A stretch of 64,000 nt of DNA, from NCBI RefSeq assembly GCF_020745735.1, contig NC_083428.1, forward strand, positions 29,202,001-29,266,000, given 5' to 3'. The notes beneath the pieces were generated by a model. The model was not told where the DNA came from, ran no database searches, and worked only from the letters and a program-made list of their open reading frames with translations. The translations under genes and the position numbers were made by a program. This stretch comes from Hemiscyllium ocellatum (Eukaryota). Shown piece after piece: positions 12,621 to 25,385 of the stretch (positions are counted from its first letter, which is position 1; each line of letters opens with the position of its first letter).

Positions 12621-15093
12621 ATAATGAGGGATAAGCAAGCAGTGGAGACTTTATGACTAGATTTGACAAATAGAAAAGTGTTCATGACTAAAGTGTTGCG
12701 TCTAGGCCTTCTGGTAGGTTGTACAAGTGATAGCCACACATAGCTTGGAATAAGTAGAGTAGCATGTCAAAATTTCACAATTGTAATTACAGCAGTTTTC
12801 TGCAGCAAAATGGATTCAAGGCAATTTGGATTCAGTAAAACCAGATTTTAGTTAACAGTCTAACAGCACAAACATTTATCTAATGGCAATCAGAATGTGA
12901 TTGAGTTCTACCCAGTGTTTATAGTGGAGAAACGAGTAGCTGCTATTCAGATGTTAGACTTATGTAAGGCTGCCTTCAAAGGGATGAATTATAACTCAAC
13001 CACGATAAACTAAACAACTGTTTTTTGTCAAATAAGAGGTGGTCAGACAAAGCCAAATAACTGAATTTTCTGATCAACCAAGTATAGACAACATTGAAGA
13101 TAGAAGGTTAATTGTCGAGACCTGCTTTTATTTAACATTATAGGTTTGAAGCTGTGAGCTGAAAGCTGACACCTGAGAGCTGAAGGTGATTGTTGGACTG
13201 TGAGCAGCAGCATTTTATAAAAAGAAAAAGCAAATAAACTTTCGCTGGTTTACGAGGCCAGGTCTAAAAATTAATTGTGGGTTGATTCTTGTTAAAAGTG
13301 CTGTATAAACATTTGGACCACAGAGAGGCATTACGCCCAAAAGCATGGCAGATATTTCTATGATAATAGAGGCCTCATAGACATTCAGTCCAACAAAGAG
13401 AAACCAGAGTTCAAACTGGTTTTAAACAGTATTTAAGTCAGAAGGACTTTAGCTACCACAGTTACAGGATGATTTGATTGTTTCCTGATTGTCATCTCAC
13501 ATTAAAACCTCAGATAATAGAATTTTATATAGTTATCAGAATTAAAATAAATACTCCTCGGAGCCTATATCTGCATGCATCCATGTCTTTAGAAATCGAG
13601 CAAAATACAATCCCATGTGCCTGTGATGTTCCAGATTGTGGAGACTGCTTCAATGAACTGGCCAGTTACAACTCTTATTTTTTCCTCTTTTTGATGTATC
13701 TATTAACTGTGTCTGTCTGTCTTTAAGTGAGGGACTAGAATCAAAGAAGATTAGGTTTAAATCATTGATATTAATTAGATTACCTTGTGGGGTTTGAATT
13801 TGTTCTGCTAGAGCTACTGTATTATTAATAATAAATTGTGACATGTTTTGCTTAAGCTTTAAACCTAGTGTCTGACACTGTGATTATTCAAAAAGTCTGG
13901 TTAGGAACCATTGGGGTCAATTGAGGGTCATTGACTATTTTAATTTTGTGTGTTGCGGATACAGGGATAGGGATGATTTGGCTGGCTGTCTCCATGTCAT
14001 AACATAATATTACAAAGAAATGAGTAGATGAAATGAATGGGTAAAACTGTGCCAAGTGGATTTTGATATTGGCAAGCAAGAATGAAACTATCCATTCATT
14101 ATAAACCAAAACAAAAAAGAAAGATCAAGGTATTTACTGAAATAATGAAAAGCTAGAAATAGTGCAGGTCAAAAGAATCTTGGTATTCCAGGTCCATAAA
14201 TTATTGAAGTATTATGAACAGGTATAGTACATCATCATAAAGGTTGGCATTTATATCTAGAATGCAAACTGGCAGATGGAACATTTTTTCAATAAAAAGG
14301 ACATATCATAAACTGTGAACATTGCCACAAAGCAATTATAGCATAATTAGGTTTATTGAAGTGAAAGTCATAAACAACTGATCATTGTAAGTCCTAATTT
14401 GGCTTATACTTCAAGCATAAACTATCCACTTGAATGAACACCTAATCTCATCCAGCACATGAGATAACTGGACACTACTGAGGTTTCCCATTCCTTCTTC
14501 TATCCAGCTTCATGCTGAAAACTACTGGGCCCAGGTAGCCCAGATGCTTATCATCACCACAGAAATATGCTAAATGGAAGATCAGACTAATTTGATGTGT
14601 CAGCAGACAGGTAACAGAGGCGATACAGTGAAAGAACAAGGCTGCTTCCTGGTGGCAACCAACTGGCATATTCGAAACATTATAATGTGAGAGCAGAGAA
14701 CGGAAAGATAACCAGCACATCTATATATTTTTTACATTCAATTTTGATTTTTTTAAAAAGCAAAAACCTCAAAATATTTTACATTTCCATTCCCAAAACA
14801 CGATTTTATTCCTTACAAATCATCTAAGCCCATTCCGACATTGCAGACATACCTTCGACTGCAATGCTCTAAGTCAGGAAATGGAATAGTGCAATTCGAG
14901 GCTTTACTTGCAGCTTTGGGTTTTGAGAGGTTACACTCCCTGTCCAGCATCCCTCCTTGGGAGGTTTTCAAAGGCATATGAACCCTACCTGGAATGAGAA
15001 GCCAGGCTGAGTTCCAGATATGCATGACTGCTCATATTCTAAATGAGCATTGCTGCAATGCACTTGCAAAAATGTTCTGTGATATTCACTTAC

Positions 15094-15213
15094 CGCCTTA
15101 CTGAGATCATGCGGCAAATAGGCCCAGTAGGGATTAAACTGGATGCAGTAATCTTTTGTATTTCCATGTTCCTTATCGGATAGGACGTGGACCATTCCAT
15201 ACTCAGACAGCAC
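15094..15213 (-). CDS. SPPL2B: SPPL2B coding exon 2 (VLSEYGMVHVLSDKEHGNTKDYCIQFNPYWAYLPHDLSKA)
   Basis: 120 nt, AG/GTaagt; EYGMVHV and DYCI.FNP.WA.LPHDLSKA match SPPL2B. Confidence 0.97.
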
Positions 15214-15605
15214 CTGCATGCATCAGGGTAAACTGCATCGTAAAGCAACTTGGGAACATATAAACAATGCCAGCACACGAGACCTAAACCCACAAATAAA
15301 TCATCTCCTAAATTAACACACCATATTTTGCAAAAGATGACTAACAAAGTGTCCAATTACCCTCTTCATTTCCATTTTGATCATTGTTAATTATTTAATT
15401 CACTGACAACAAACTGAGATCTAAGTTTTCTAGATTTACAGAAAGGGGATGTTCTGTCACAAGTGACACATTTGAACCACGTATTGGAATTGACAGCTGG
15501 TACAGGGGACTGTTCTTTTTGAAGGAGAGTGATTGCAGTTACACATACACTGCATCACGTAGTGACACAGGGAAGAGATAAGGGGGCAGGGTGCGAAGGG
15601 GAGAG

Positions 15606-15691
15606 ATGAAGGGCTTATGCTCGAAACGTCGAATTCTCTATTCCTGAGATGCTGCCTGGCCTGCTGTGCTTTGACCAGCAACACATTTGCA
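15606..15691 (+). mobile_element. Family-A mini-element (short, tail-less form) in SPPL2B intron 1
   Basis: 13-bp TSD gcgaaggggagag (15593-15605, 15692-15704); ATGA-AGGGC-TTAT-GCTC-GAAACGTC-GAAT. Confidence 0.85.
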
Positions 15692-15759
15692 GCGAAGGGG
15701 AGAGGGCTCAGCAGGCAGGATATAGGATTGTGTGGAAAGGGGCCCCAAGGGTCAGGGCA

Positions 15760-16245
15760 TGGGTGTTAGGTGGGGGACAAAGTTTGTGGGGAATAGGATT
15801 ACAGCGAGGATTTGGAGACAAACAGGGATGGGGTAGTAGTTGGATATGAATAGGAATGGGATAGGATTTGGACGGGGAATGGGGAATTACGGGGGACTGA
15901 ATAGCGGGGGGCATGGGGGAGATTGCAGGAGGTGGGGGGCTTGCGGGGGTTGGGGTGAGGTGGAGGATTGCGGGAGGGAGTGGAGGGATTGATGGGGGTA
16001 TTGCGAGGGATGGGGATGCAGGGGGCGTTGGATTGTGGGGAGTTGTCGGGGGGGGGGAAGATGAGAGATGTCGTGGGGGGGGGGGGTGATTGGAGAGAGA
16101 GTGTGGCGCTGGGCCGGTCAGTTTGAGGGAGTGAAGGGGTTGTCTGAGAGGATGGGATGTGAGGGGGGGGGGGTGGGTGGAGGTTGTAGTGTGAGGCGGG
16201 GTGGGACAGGCTGTCGGCCCGGTCCCGGTCCCGGTCCCGGGGTGA
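15760..16245 (+). repeat. G-rich low-complexity tract (G-quadruplex-prone) in SPPL2B intron 1
   Basis: Dense GGG(G)n runs; (ggtccc)3 repeat near the exon 1 donor. Confidence 0.7.
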
Positions 16246-16265
16246 GAGTCTCCCGGGGCTGATAC

Positions 16266-16319
16266 CTGACTGAGCTGAAGGACAAGCAGCAGCAGCAGCA
16301 GCCTCACTCCCAGCGCCAT
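16266..16319 (-). CDS. SPPL2B: SPPL2B coding exon 1, signal peptide (MALGVRLLLLLLVLQLSQ)
   Basis: aagATGG start context, Leu-rich signal peptide from a CTG run, CAG|GTatc donor, phase 0 joining exon 2. Confidence 0.9.
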
Positions 16320-16610
16320 CTTTCGGATGAAGGCTGGACCCCTCCAGCCGCCACAATGGTAGCGTCCACTCAGCATCGGGACAATCCAAACTCAGGAAAA
16401 TAGGGGGGGTGAGAGGGCCACCTTGATGAAAACCGGCGGCGATCGGCCGATTATTTTCTGTTTTGACGAGGGACCGACACCATCCCGGCCCCGGCCCGAG
16501 GGGGAGGGGGAGGGGGAGGGGAGGGGAGTGTAGTGTTTGAGTAGGAACTGGGGTCGGCGGTCGGGGTTAAAGGTCATGGGGTTGGGAGGTCAGAGGTCGT
16601 GGCCGCGATG
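16320..16610. promoter_or_regulatory. Bidirectional CpG-rich promoter shared by SPPL2B and LSM7
   Basis: Divergent start codons 291 bp apart; CpG-dense; GGGGA repeats at ~16500-16527; YY1-type CGCCATCTT over the SPPL2B ATG; same head-to-head arrangement is known in human. Confidence 0.85.
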
Positions 16611-16616
16611 ATGGCG
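16611..16616 (+). CDS. LSM7: LSM7 coding exon 1 (Met-Ala)
   Basis: ATGGCG followed by strong GTGAGT donor; completes the MADKEKKKK N-terminus; an adjacent in-frame ATG lies at 16608. Confidence 0.85.
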
Positions 16617-16973
16617 GTGAGTGTGTGTTTGGGGACTGTCGTGTACAGGCCTCGCTGTTGGAGTTTGAGATTGAAATCCGCGGCCGGCCCTGGTTATATT
16701 TATTATCTCAGTCCAAATAATCAATCGGGCTTGTGAAACTCGAGGCCCAAACCCGGGTTGTGTTCCAATCCCCAAATCGCTGGTGTGACCTCTTTCAATT
16801 TCCCGAAGCCTTGTCCCAATCCTGAGCGGGAGCATCGTGGTTTAGTTATCGTGGTTTAGTTAATCGTGGAAACGTGGGGTTACCGGAGGCTTAGGGACCG
16901 ATCACGAGAAACTCGGGATTGCGAGAACCGGATTCTAACTTTCCTTGCCTTTTTTTTGTTCCTTTGAATTCAG

Positions 16974-17064
16974 GATAAGGAGAAGAAAAAGAAGGAGAGC
17001 ATTCTCGACCTCTCCAAGTACATAGACAAAACAATCCGTGTGAAATTTCAAGGCGGACGAGAAG
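16974..17064 (+). CDS. LSM7: LSM7 coding exon 2 (DKEKKKKESILDLSKYIDKTIRVKFQGGRE)
   Basis: 91 nt, polypyrimidine tract plus cAG, GTacg donor; matches vertebrate LSm7. Confidence 0.98.
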
Positions 17065-17705
17065 GTACGCTTTGCTGATTTTGTTTATATAAGTAACATA
17101 ATGTTGGCGTTTACCTGAGGCTGCAACAGCTGGAATGATTCTGTCTTTTTTCCCTAAGGAAGTAGGCAGGCTGTTTGGGCAAATATGGCTAAGTTTGGGA
17201 AAGGTTTGGAGGCATACGGGCTAGGAGCAAGCTGTTGGGACTAGTTGAGTTCGGGGTTATGGTCGGCACGGACTGACTGGACCGAAGTGCTGTATGACTC
17301 TGGGAAAAACGAAAGAGCTCTGATACAAATTGAATTTTCATTGCTTGTGAAATAATGTAGGCTGTTTACCTTTTTAAATAATGGTTTTTAATTTTTATTT
17401 CAGCTACTCAAAGTAGCTATTGTGAGCTCTTCAGCTCCAAGAGAATGAGTTGGGAAGTGTGCTTAGTTGCTGAAGAGTTGTATTATTGTAAGATGAAATG
17501 ACTTTAACTGAAAGCTTAAGCTGTACTGTTTCAGAACTGTCTTTCATTAATTGTTACTGAAGTCAACTTTGGAAAGATTGAGCCTTGAAAGGAAGATAGC
17601 AAGAGTCTTTCTTGAGGCAGTGTATGTTTTGATTCGATTTGTACAAAATGTCGGATGCTGGAGTTAACTTGAAATTTAGTGAAATGTCTTTCTGTGCTTT
17701 GACAG

Positions 17706-17777
17706 CCAGTGGAATTTTAAAAGGATTTGATCCACTTCTCAATCTTGTATTGGATGGAACAATAGAGTATGTGAGAG
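17706..17777 (+). CDS. LSM7: LSM7 coding exon 3 (ASGILKGFDPLLNLVLDGTIEYVR)
   Basis: 72 nt, AG/GTaagt; Sm1 motif G.LKGFD.LLNLVLD. Confidence 0.98.
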
Positions 17778-18574
17778 GTAAGTCCCAAATATGTTCTTGG
17801 TTTTAATATCTTTCTTGATGGGTAATCCATGATACAAAATTTTGAAATGGATTGTACTCCTGTTTCTGTAAAGTGATTTTCACTTTTCTGATTAAAATTA
17901 TAATGATTTTGATTTTGGCTAGGCTTTTTGCGTAACTGCTCTTTCTCTTGCTTTTTATCCTCCCTTCTAAATGCATTTTCAATTGTATTTTTTTCCTGAT
18001 ACCTATCATAAACACTTCTTTTTTTCTTTTCCTTATTTTATATCATCATTTTCATCTAGGGAGCTCTAGAATTTTTTTTGTTTTTGCCCTACATTTCTTG
18101 AGGAAATATATCTAGTGTTTGAACCCTTTTTTTTTTAAGGTAGCCCATTGCTAATGTGCAGTTTTTCACGCAAGCCTTTTGGTCTAGCCTAACCATCACA
18201 TCTCTGTTCTTGCCCCATTGAAGTTGGCTCTCTCTCTAGCTAGTTATTCTTCATCTGCGTTGTCATTTCCACAGTCATCTCAAACTTTATGCTCACTGTA
18301 CCTTTAAATATTTCCTACTGAAACTTGATCTATTTGGCCTACCTCTTTCTTAAGAACTAAGTCCAGTGGTACCTTCTTTTTTATTACACTGGACATATAC
18401 TGCTGTAGGAAGTTCTTCTAAATGCAAACTAAGAATGCTTGCCCTTCTCAGTCCTTAACACTACTATTCCATTCTACATTGGAGTACTTGAAGTTTCCTG
18501 TTATAACTATTCTTTGCTTGGAGCATTCTGTAATTTCCTTGCTGATTTGTTCCTCTACATCCTTTCCACTAATA

Positions 18575-18876
18575 AGATTAGAATCCCTGCAGTGTGGAAA
18601 CAGGTCTTTTAGTCCAACAAGTCCTCCGAAGAGTAACCCACCAAGACCCATTTCCCTCTGATTAATATATGTAGCACTACGGGCAATTTAGCATGGCCAA
18701 TCCACCTGAACTGCACATCTTTGGACTGTGGGAGGAAATCGGAGCACCCGGAGGAAACCCACACAGACATGGGGAGAATGTGCAAACTCCACAGACAGTT
18801 GCCCGAGGCTGGAATCAAACCCATGTCCCTGGCACTGTGAGGCAGCAGTGCTAACCACTGAGCCACCTTGTTGTCC
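18575..18876 (-). mobile_element. HE1-type SINE
   Basis: Reverse complement of the same family as 12324-12620. Confidence 0.9.
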
Positions 18877-20965
18877 ACACGGCAATTGGTCTGTAGATTA
18901 TACCAAGCAGTGTAATGGACTCACCTTGCCACTTTTCTGTCGCCAAATCAATTCTGCCCTTGAAGCTTCTTTCTCCCATGCTGCTGTCCTTTGTCAAGGT
19001 GACCATTGCTTTCCTTTTTTTTCCTATCTTTCTTGAATCCCCTGTAGCCAGGGACACTTAGTGCCTAGTTCTGCCTTTCCTTTGTCAAGTGTCTTATTTG
19101 CCATAGCATTATAACTTGATGAGGCAATACACCTGTAACTTGCCAATCTTATTTACTACATTCGTTTGTGTACACACAGTTATAATTTCTCCCTTAATCC
19201 AAATATTAACTTGTCATTCTGTACACTACTATTTGTCTCTCCCAGTATCTTGTGCATCCACTAAGATTCTGTCCTGGTTCGCACACTCCTGGATAGTAAA
19301 CTTAAACTTTCCCCAGCAGCGCAAACAGAATCTCCTGCAAGGAACTCAGTCCCAGCTGTGTTCATGTGCAATCTGTTGGGCTTGAGCAGAACCTATTTTA
19401 CCCAGAGCCAATGTCCCAGGTATATGAAGTTATTGCTTCTCACTATTTTATCCTCCTCCTTCTGTACTCACTTGTTTGGTCCTGGTTGTAATCTGGAGTT
19501 GACTATTTTTGAAATCCTGCTTGCGTTTTATTTTAGATTTTTAAATTCTGACTGTAAGACTACATCACCTTTCATATCTATATAGTAAATACCAAGGTGG
19601 ACCATGATCTCTGGCTGATGGTACCCTCAGGAGGAATGACCTGCAATTACTTTGCAACATTCTTGATCCTAACATTTTGGCAGCAAAATATACCGTTGGA
19701 ATCACGTATAGCTGCAGAAATGCCTCTGTTCTCCCGACAAATGAATTTCCTATCAATGCTGCTGTTCCCCTGTTTCTTCCTTCCCTCTTAAACAGTTGGA
19801 TCACTCGTGTTGCCATAGGCTCGGCACTTGCGACACACCATTGAAAACCCATTGACCTTGCCATTATCAAAATTGAAAGCTGCTTCTTGAGTGGAACCCC
19901 TGTACCATCTTCCTGGTTCTCTTGGACTGTCTGGTAGTCAAAAATTCCCTATCTGCCTGCATGCCTCTAACCTGCACTCTTACTGCCTCTCTGAACATGC
20001 GGTCTGTGTGACTTGCAGCCTCATGGATACAGTGCAGTGAGTCAGTTTTCTGCAACTAGTGGTACTTGCTGTGTATGTTCATCCAGGTCATTTGAAGGTT
20101 CAGGATTAATTAACTTAGTTCTCCTATAGTGCCGCTTTTTCTTTTAAAACTCTGTGCTCTCTTCCAGCTTTTCAACTCCTTGTCCTCTGGCAACTGACTA
20201 GGAAAAAGAAAGCAAGCATCTCCTTCCCAACCTTGCTGAACTCTCAGTAATCCCACTCCAAGTCAATTTAACCTGTTCTTTTTAAATATGAGTGGAAATT
20301 TCCTCTTTATATGTTGAAAATGCCAAAATGTTTGTATTTTGACCATGTTCCAAATTCCATTTCTTAGCCACCAGCTCCATTCCTGTCTTGCTAGCTGAGG
20401 CTAAATCTGACTGGCCTTTTCATGTTTGATTGGAAGCGTAACTCAGAAACATACACGTGTGCCATCACTTAGACCTCCTTTCCAGTTGTAACATCCTGAG
20501 AATGTCCTTCCCTCAGTTCACATACGGAAACCTTCTGCCACTGTCTTTGTTAAATCTAGAATTGACCATTCCAGCAAATGTCACTGGCCTTTCATGTTAT
20601 GACATCTTTAAATTTGACATCCAAAATTCTGCTAACTGTGCCCTTACTTATGCCAGATCTCATCTGGGCAGTAGCATTGTGTTCACTCATGAGAATTTGG
20701 CTGCCACTTAATTTCTCTGTTCACTCTAAGTAATTTCTTCAGTCCATAACACCCTATGATATTTGTACTCTAATTCTGGCCACTTGAGCTACCTTTGTTT
20801 TTGTTGTTCCAGCACTGATGGCCATACCTACAGTGTCAAAGCTCTAGAAATCATTGCCTACATCTTTGTTTGCTTATCTCTCTTTCCTCCTTTTTAAGGC
20901 ACTCTAAAACCTGCTACTTTTACCAAGCTTTTGGTCAGCTGATTGGATGTCTCCTTATGTGACTT

Positions 20966-22894
20966 AGTCATAGAGATGTACAGCATGGAAACAGACCCTT
21001 CAGTACAACTCCTCCATGATGACTAGATAATCTAGTCCCATTTGCCAGCACTTGACCCATATCCTGAAGAAGGGCTTATGCCTGAAATGTCAATTCTCCT
21101 TCTCCTTTTGATGCTGCCTGACCTGCTGCGCTTTTCCAGCAACACATTTTTAAGCTCTGATCCCCAGAATTTGCAGTCCTCACTTTCTCCACATCCCTCT
21201 AAACCCTTCTTAATCATGTACCCATCCAGATGCCTTTTTTAATGTTGTAATTGTACCAGCTACCTCCATTTTCTGTGCTAGCTCATTCCAAACACACACC
21301 ACCCTTTGCACAAAAAAAGTTGTCCCTTAGATCCCTAATGAATATTTTCCCCTCTCACCCCAAACCTATGCCTTCTAGTTCTAGACTATTTCCTCCAACC
21401 CCACCCAACCCAGAGAAAAGACCTGGTTCTATTTACCCTATCCATGCCCCCCATGATTTTATAAACCTCTGACGCTCCAGGGAGAGCAGCCCCAGTCTAT
21501 TCAGCCTCTTCCTTATAGCTCAAACTCTCCAAACCTGGCAATATCTTTGTGAATCTTCCCTGAACCCTTCCATGTTTCACAGCATCCTTCCTGTGGAAAG
21601 GAGACCAGAATTGCACACTGGATAGGCCACTTTTGGAATACTATGTCCTGTACAGCTGCAACATAACCTCCCAATTCTCAAACTCAGTGCTGTGACTAAT
21701 AAAGGAAAGCATACTAAACACCTTCACTATCCTAACTACCTGAAACTGCACTTTCCTGGAGCTATGAACTTGCACTCCAAGATCTTTGTTCAGCAACAGT
21801 CCCCAGGACTTTACCATTAAGTGTATAAGTCCTGCCCTGATTTGCCTTGCCAAAATGCAGCACCTTGCTTTTATCTAAATTAAATTCCATCTGCTGGTCC
21901 TCAGCCCATTTGATCATGTTGTACTCTGAAGCAACCTACTTCACCTCCAATTTTGGTGTCATCTGCAGACTTACTAACTATACCTCTTATGTTCACATCC
22001 AAAACATTTATACAAATGATGAAAAGCAGTGAACCCAGCACTGATCCTTGTGGCTCGCCACTGGTCACAGGCCTCCACTCTGAAAAGCAACCCTTCACCA
22101 TTATCCTCTGTCTTCTACCTTCGATCCGGTTCTATATCCAAATGGCTAGTTATTCCTATATTCCGTGTAATCTAACCTTGCTAACCAGTCTACTGTGAGG
22201 AACCTTACTGAAGTCCGTATAGGTCACATCCATCGCTCTGCCCTCCTCAATCCTTTTCGTTACTATTTCAAAAACCTCAATCAAGTTAGTGAGACAAGAT
22301 CTCCCGCACACACAGCCATGCTGACTATCCCTAATCAGTCCTTGCCTATCCAGATATATGTTAATCCTGTTCCTCCAAAATTCCCTCAGCAACAATTTGC
22401 CCACCACCTATGACAGGCTCATCAGCCTTTTGTTCCCTAGCTTTTCCTTTATCACCTTTTCTTCAATAGTGGCACTGCGTTAGCCAACCCCCAGTGTTCC
22501 AGCACCTCCATGTTTTGGCTATCGATGATCCAACTATCTCAGCAAGGGGCCCAGCAATCACTTCTCTAGCTTCCCACAGAGTTCTAGGTTACACCTGATC
22601 AGGTCCTGGGGATTTATCCAGCTTTTATGCATTTTAAGACATCCAGCAGCGCCACCTCTTATATGGACATTTTTCAAAATGTCACCATCTACTTCCCCAC
22701 ATTTTGTATCTTCCATGTCCTTCTCCACAGTAAACACTGATGCAAAATACTTGTTTCCCCATTTCTTGCAGTTCCGCACATAAGCTGCCTTGCTGTTCTT
22801 TTGAGGTCCTATTCTCTCCGTAGTTACCCTTTTGTCCTTTTAATGTATTTACTAAATCCCTTTGGATGCTCCTTAACCCTATTTACCAAAGCTA
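20966..22894 (-). mobile_element. CR1 LINE fragment in LSM7 intron 3
   Basis: SQHG..GRSCLTNL, PQGSVLG, ADDTK motifs. Confidence 0.9.
21064..21188 (+). mobile_element. Family-A mini-element (long form) in a CR1 tail inside LSM7 intron 3
   Basis: CTGAAGA-AGGGC-TTAT-GCCT-GAAATGTC; imperfect TSD ccatatcc/ccacatcc. Confidence 0.8.
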
Positions 22895-23103
22895 AGTGCC
22901 AGATTTTGCTGTATACCATTTTGAGACATGATTTAATTTAATGTCCACAATACTAAATAAGTTGGTCCTTCAAGTAAATCTTTATTGTATAATTAAAATA
23001 CAAATGTTTTCTTCTCTTTTATTCCACTTAGCATGTTCCACGTAGTTTTACGTGATGTAATTCAAGTCTAATTTTATTTTTTTGCAAACTTTACTAATTT
23101 CAG

Positions 23104-23246
23104 ATCCAGATGACCAATACAAATTGACTGAAGACACGCGACAGCTTGGCTTGGTTGTATGCAGAGGAACATCAGTTGTTCTGATTTGCCCACAGGATGG
23201 GATGGAGGCTATTCCAAACCCTTTCATACAACAACAAGATGGTTAA
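23104..23246 (+). CDS. LSM7: LSM7 coding exon 4 (DPDDQYKLTEDTRQLGLVVCRGTSVVLICPQDGMEAIPNPFIQQQDG*)
   Basis: 143 nt ending TAA; Sm2 motif LGLVVCRG; total CDS 6+91+72+143=312 nt = 103 aa plus stop. Confidence 0.98.
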
Positions 23247-23952
23247 TTTGAAAATGTATCATCACAATATCTCAGGATTCCAATTTAGTTGGTTTTATCC
23301 AAATGGGCACTTGTAATATCACCAGCAGCACTGGAGGATATTTATGATTTGTGAGATGGCAAGCAAGTCTTTACACCTTTTTTTAAAAATCTTTTTGCAG
23401 ATCAGTTATGAACTTATTGCCATCTATGCAACCATCCTGTATTGCAGTACTAGCTGTACTGCACAAGGGTATTGCCAGGCACAGTACATTTCTACATGGC
23501 AACGGTCTGTAACACAATAGAACAAGATTCTAGGAATTGACCAGTGCCAGTAAACCTGCTGAACTGTCACTAGAATCATTCTAGTGGAAGTAGTCACTTC
23601 TTTCAGACTTCAGCTGAATCTCCCCAGCAGTAATCTCTAGTGTTGGTTAGTTTTTTTTTTAAAACCAGCTGATTTAGAAACCTGCATTTTTATACTCCTT
23701 AATTTGTTTATTTAAAATTGTGTTAAATTGAGCATGTTTCTGGAGTTTTATTTTCTGAAGCGACTTTTACCCTTTTTTTTATATAATGAAATCAGTGTTG
23801 AACAGTTATTCCTTTTGATTGTGAATAACATCACATAGCTTAGGTTGGAGCCCTGCATATAAATTGGTTTAATATAAGTCCCTTCAGAGATTGGATTAGT
23901 TTCCTTGTTTACTTTTTGAAGCTGGATGTGGATGACAAAGTCTTTCTTGTAC

Positions 23953-23958
23953 AATAAA
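23953..23958 (+). terminator. Candidate LSM7 polyadenylation signal (AATAAA); a second lies at 24587-24592
   Basis: AATAAA preceded by TGTA and followed by T-rich tract in a repeat-free AT-rich 3' region. Confidence 0.5.
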
Positions 23959-25263
23959 CTTTTTTTTTCCCAGTAGTTTCTGCTGGGTCTGCTTTATTTG
24001 ACTTTGATTCAATAGAACAGTACTGTATAAGATAGTAACGTAGATTGCAAAGTTACCTCTTGCATTGATTATGCTCAATCTTCTCGTACCTTTTTTTATT
24101 ATAAAATGCGATGCAACAATTATCCATTGTGACATTTTAAAATGAACTAGATTTGGAAGTGCTGTTAAATTTTTAAAAATACAATACTAGACAAAACTCT
24201 GCTCTGCCTGCAGCTGAGGAGACAGATAAGGTTATGTTTTAGGCATAGGTTCACATCCATAATTTTAACTGTGTTGCAAAGATCTTTCGAATTCATTCTC
24301 ACAAATATTTGTATTTGTCATTTCACTTAAGACTACAATTTAATATTTTATGAATGCAAACTACAAGTGGGTACAAATTAAATGTTCATTTCCACAAATT
24401 TGTGCTCATCTTTTAAAGTTATTTCTTGAGAACTTTAGAACCACTGTTATAAATCAGACATGCCATATTTGATCTAATCAGTCGATTTATGGACAGTGAT
24501 TAGGTCAATATTTAATGTGTAAAGTTGAAATATTAACAATCTATTGGAAGCTCACCTTTCAGCAAATCTATTAGTTAGAAAAGTCCAATAAAATTTAAAT
24601 CCAGCAAAAAGCAAGACAATTACTACAAAATCTTGAAGGTGTTCAAAATTGTATGAACAGGTTTGGATATGCAGTGCTCAATTCCTGTCAAGTTTGCTAT
24701 ACTTTGCTTTACATGCAAGGTAAATGTGCACTAGTGTGATTGATATTTTATGAATGGTATGAAATAGTAAATCGCTGGTTCTATAAATCTGTTTTTTTAA
24801 AAAAAGGACAGGAAAGGAATTAGCTAATATAGCTGAGTGTAGGCAGAAGATCGACAAAGCTGAAGCATTTGGAAATGCTAAGTGGATGATTAAATCTCCT
24901 TCGTCATCTCCTGACATCCCTGTTACAAATTTCACCCAACTCATTACATTTCATGTGATATCAAGAAACAGCTGAAGGCCCTGAATACTGGAAAGACGAT
25001 TGGCCCCAAAACATTCTGGTGTTCCTGAACGAACTGTGCTCCCAGCCAAGCTGTTCAGGATGCTTTGCTGCAGGAGGCCATCATATCTGGTGGATTAAGT
25101 ACTTCAAATTTGGACAGTGGCCAGGGACAGCAGGGTCTGACTGCAAGTGAGGCAGGTAGCAGGCTCTTGCAGTCAGGAATTCTCAGGTGTTGACCTTGTC
25201 CAACAGATATGAGATATTTGGTCCCTGTGGGGATGAGGAAAAGGACTGCAGGAAGGATTAGGT

Positions 25264-25385
25264 TAAAAACAAGGACTGCAGATGCTGGAAACCAGATTCT
25301 AGATTAGAGTGGAAAAGCACAGCAGGTCAGGCAGCATCCAAGGAGCAGGAAAATTGACGTTTCGGGCAAAAGCCCTTCATCGGGA
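25264..25385 (-). mobile_element. Family-A-related mini-element
   Basis: Minus strand CCGATGA-AGGGC-TTTT-GCCC-GAAACGTC followed by the shared gatgctgcctgacctgctg body. Confidence 0.75.

Noticed and set aside
15708-16389. 222-aa and 196-aa Pro-rich ORFs
   Set aside because: Read-through of SPPL2B exon 1 into the C-rich intron 1; only 16266-16319 is supported as coding
16834-16869. ATCGTGGTTTAGTT tandem repeat as a CRISPR-like or regulatory array
   Set aside because: Only two and a half adjacent units with no spacers, in a eukaryotic intron
17420-17575. Intronic H/ACA or C/D snoRNA in LSM7
   Set aside because: Hairpins exist but there is no correctly placed ACA box or C/D pair with terminal stem
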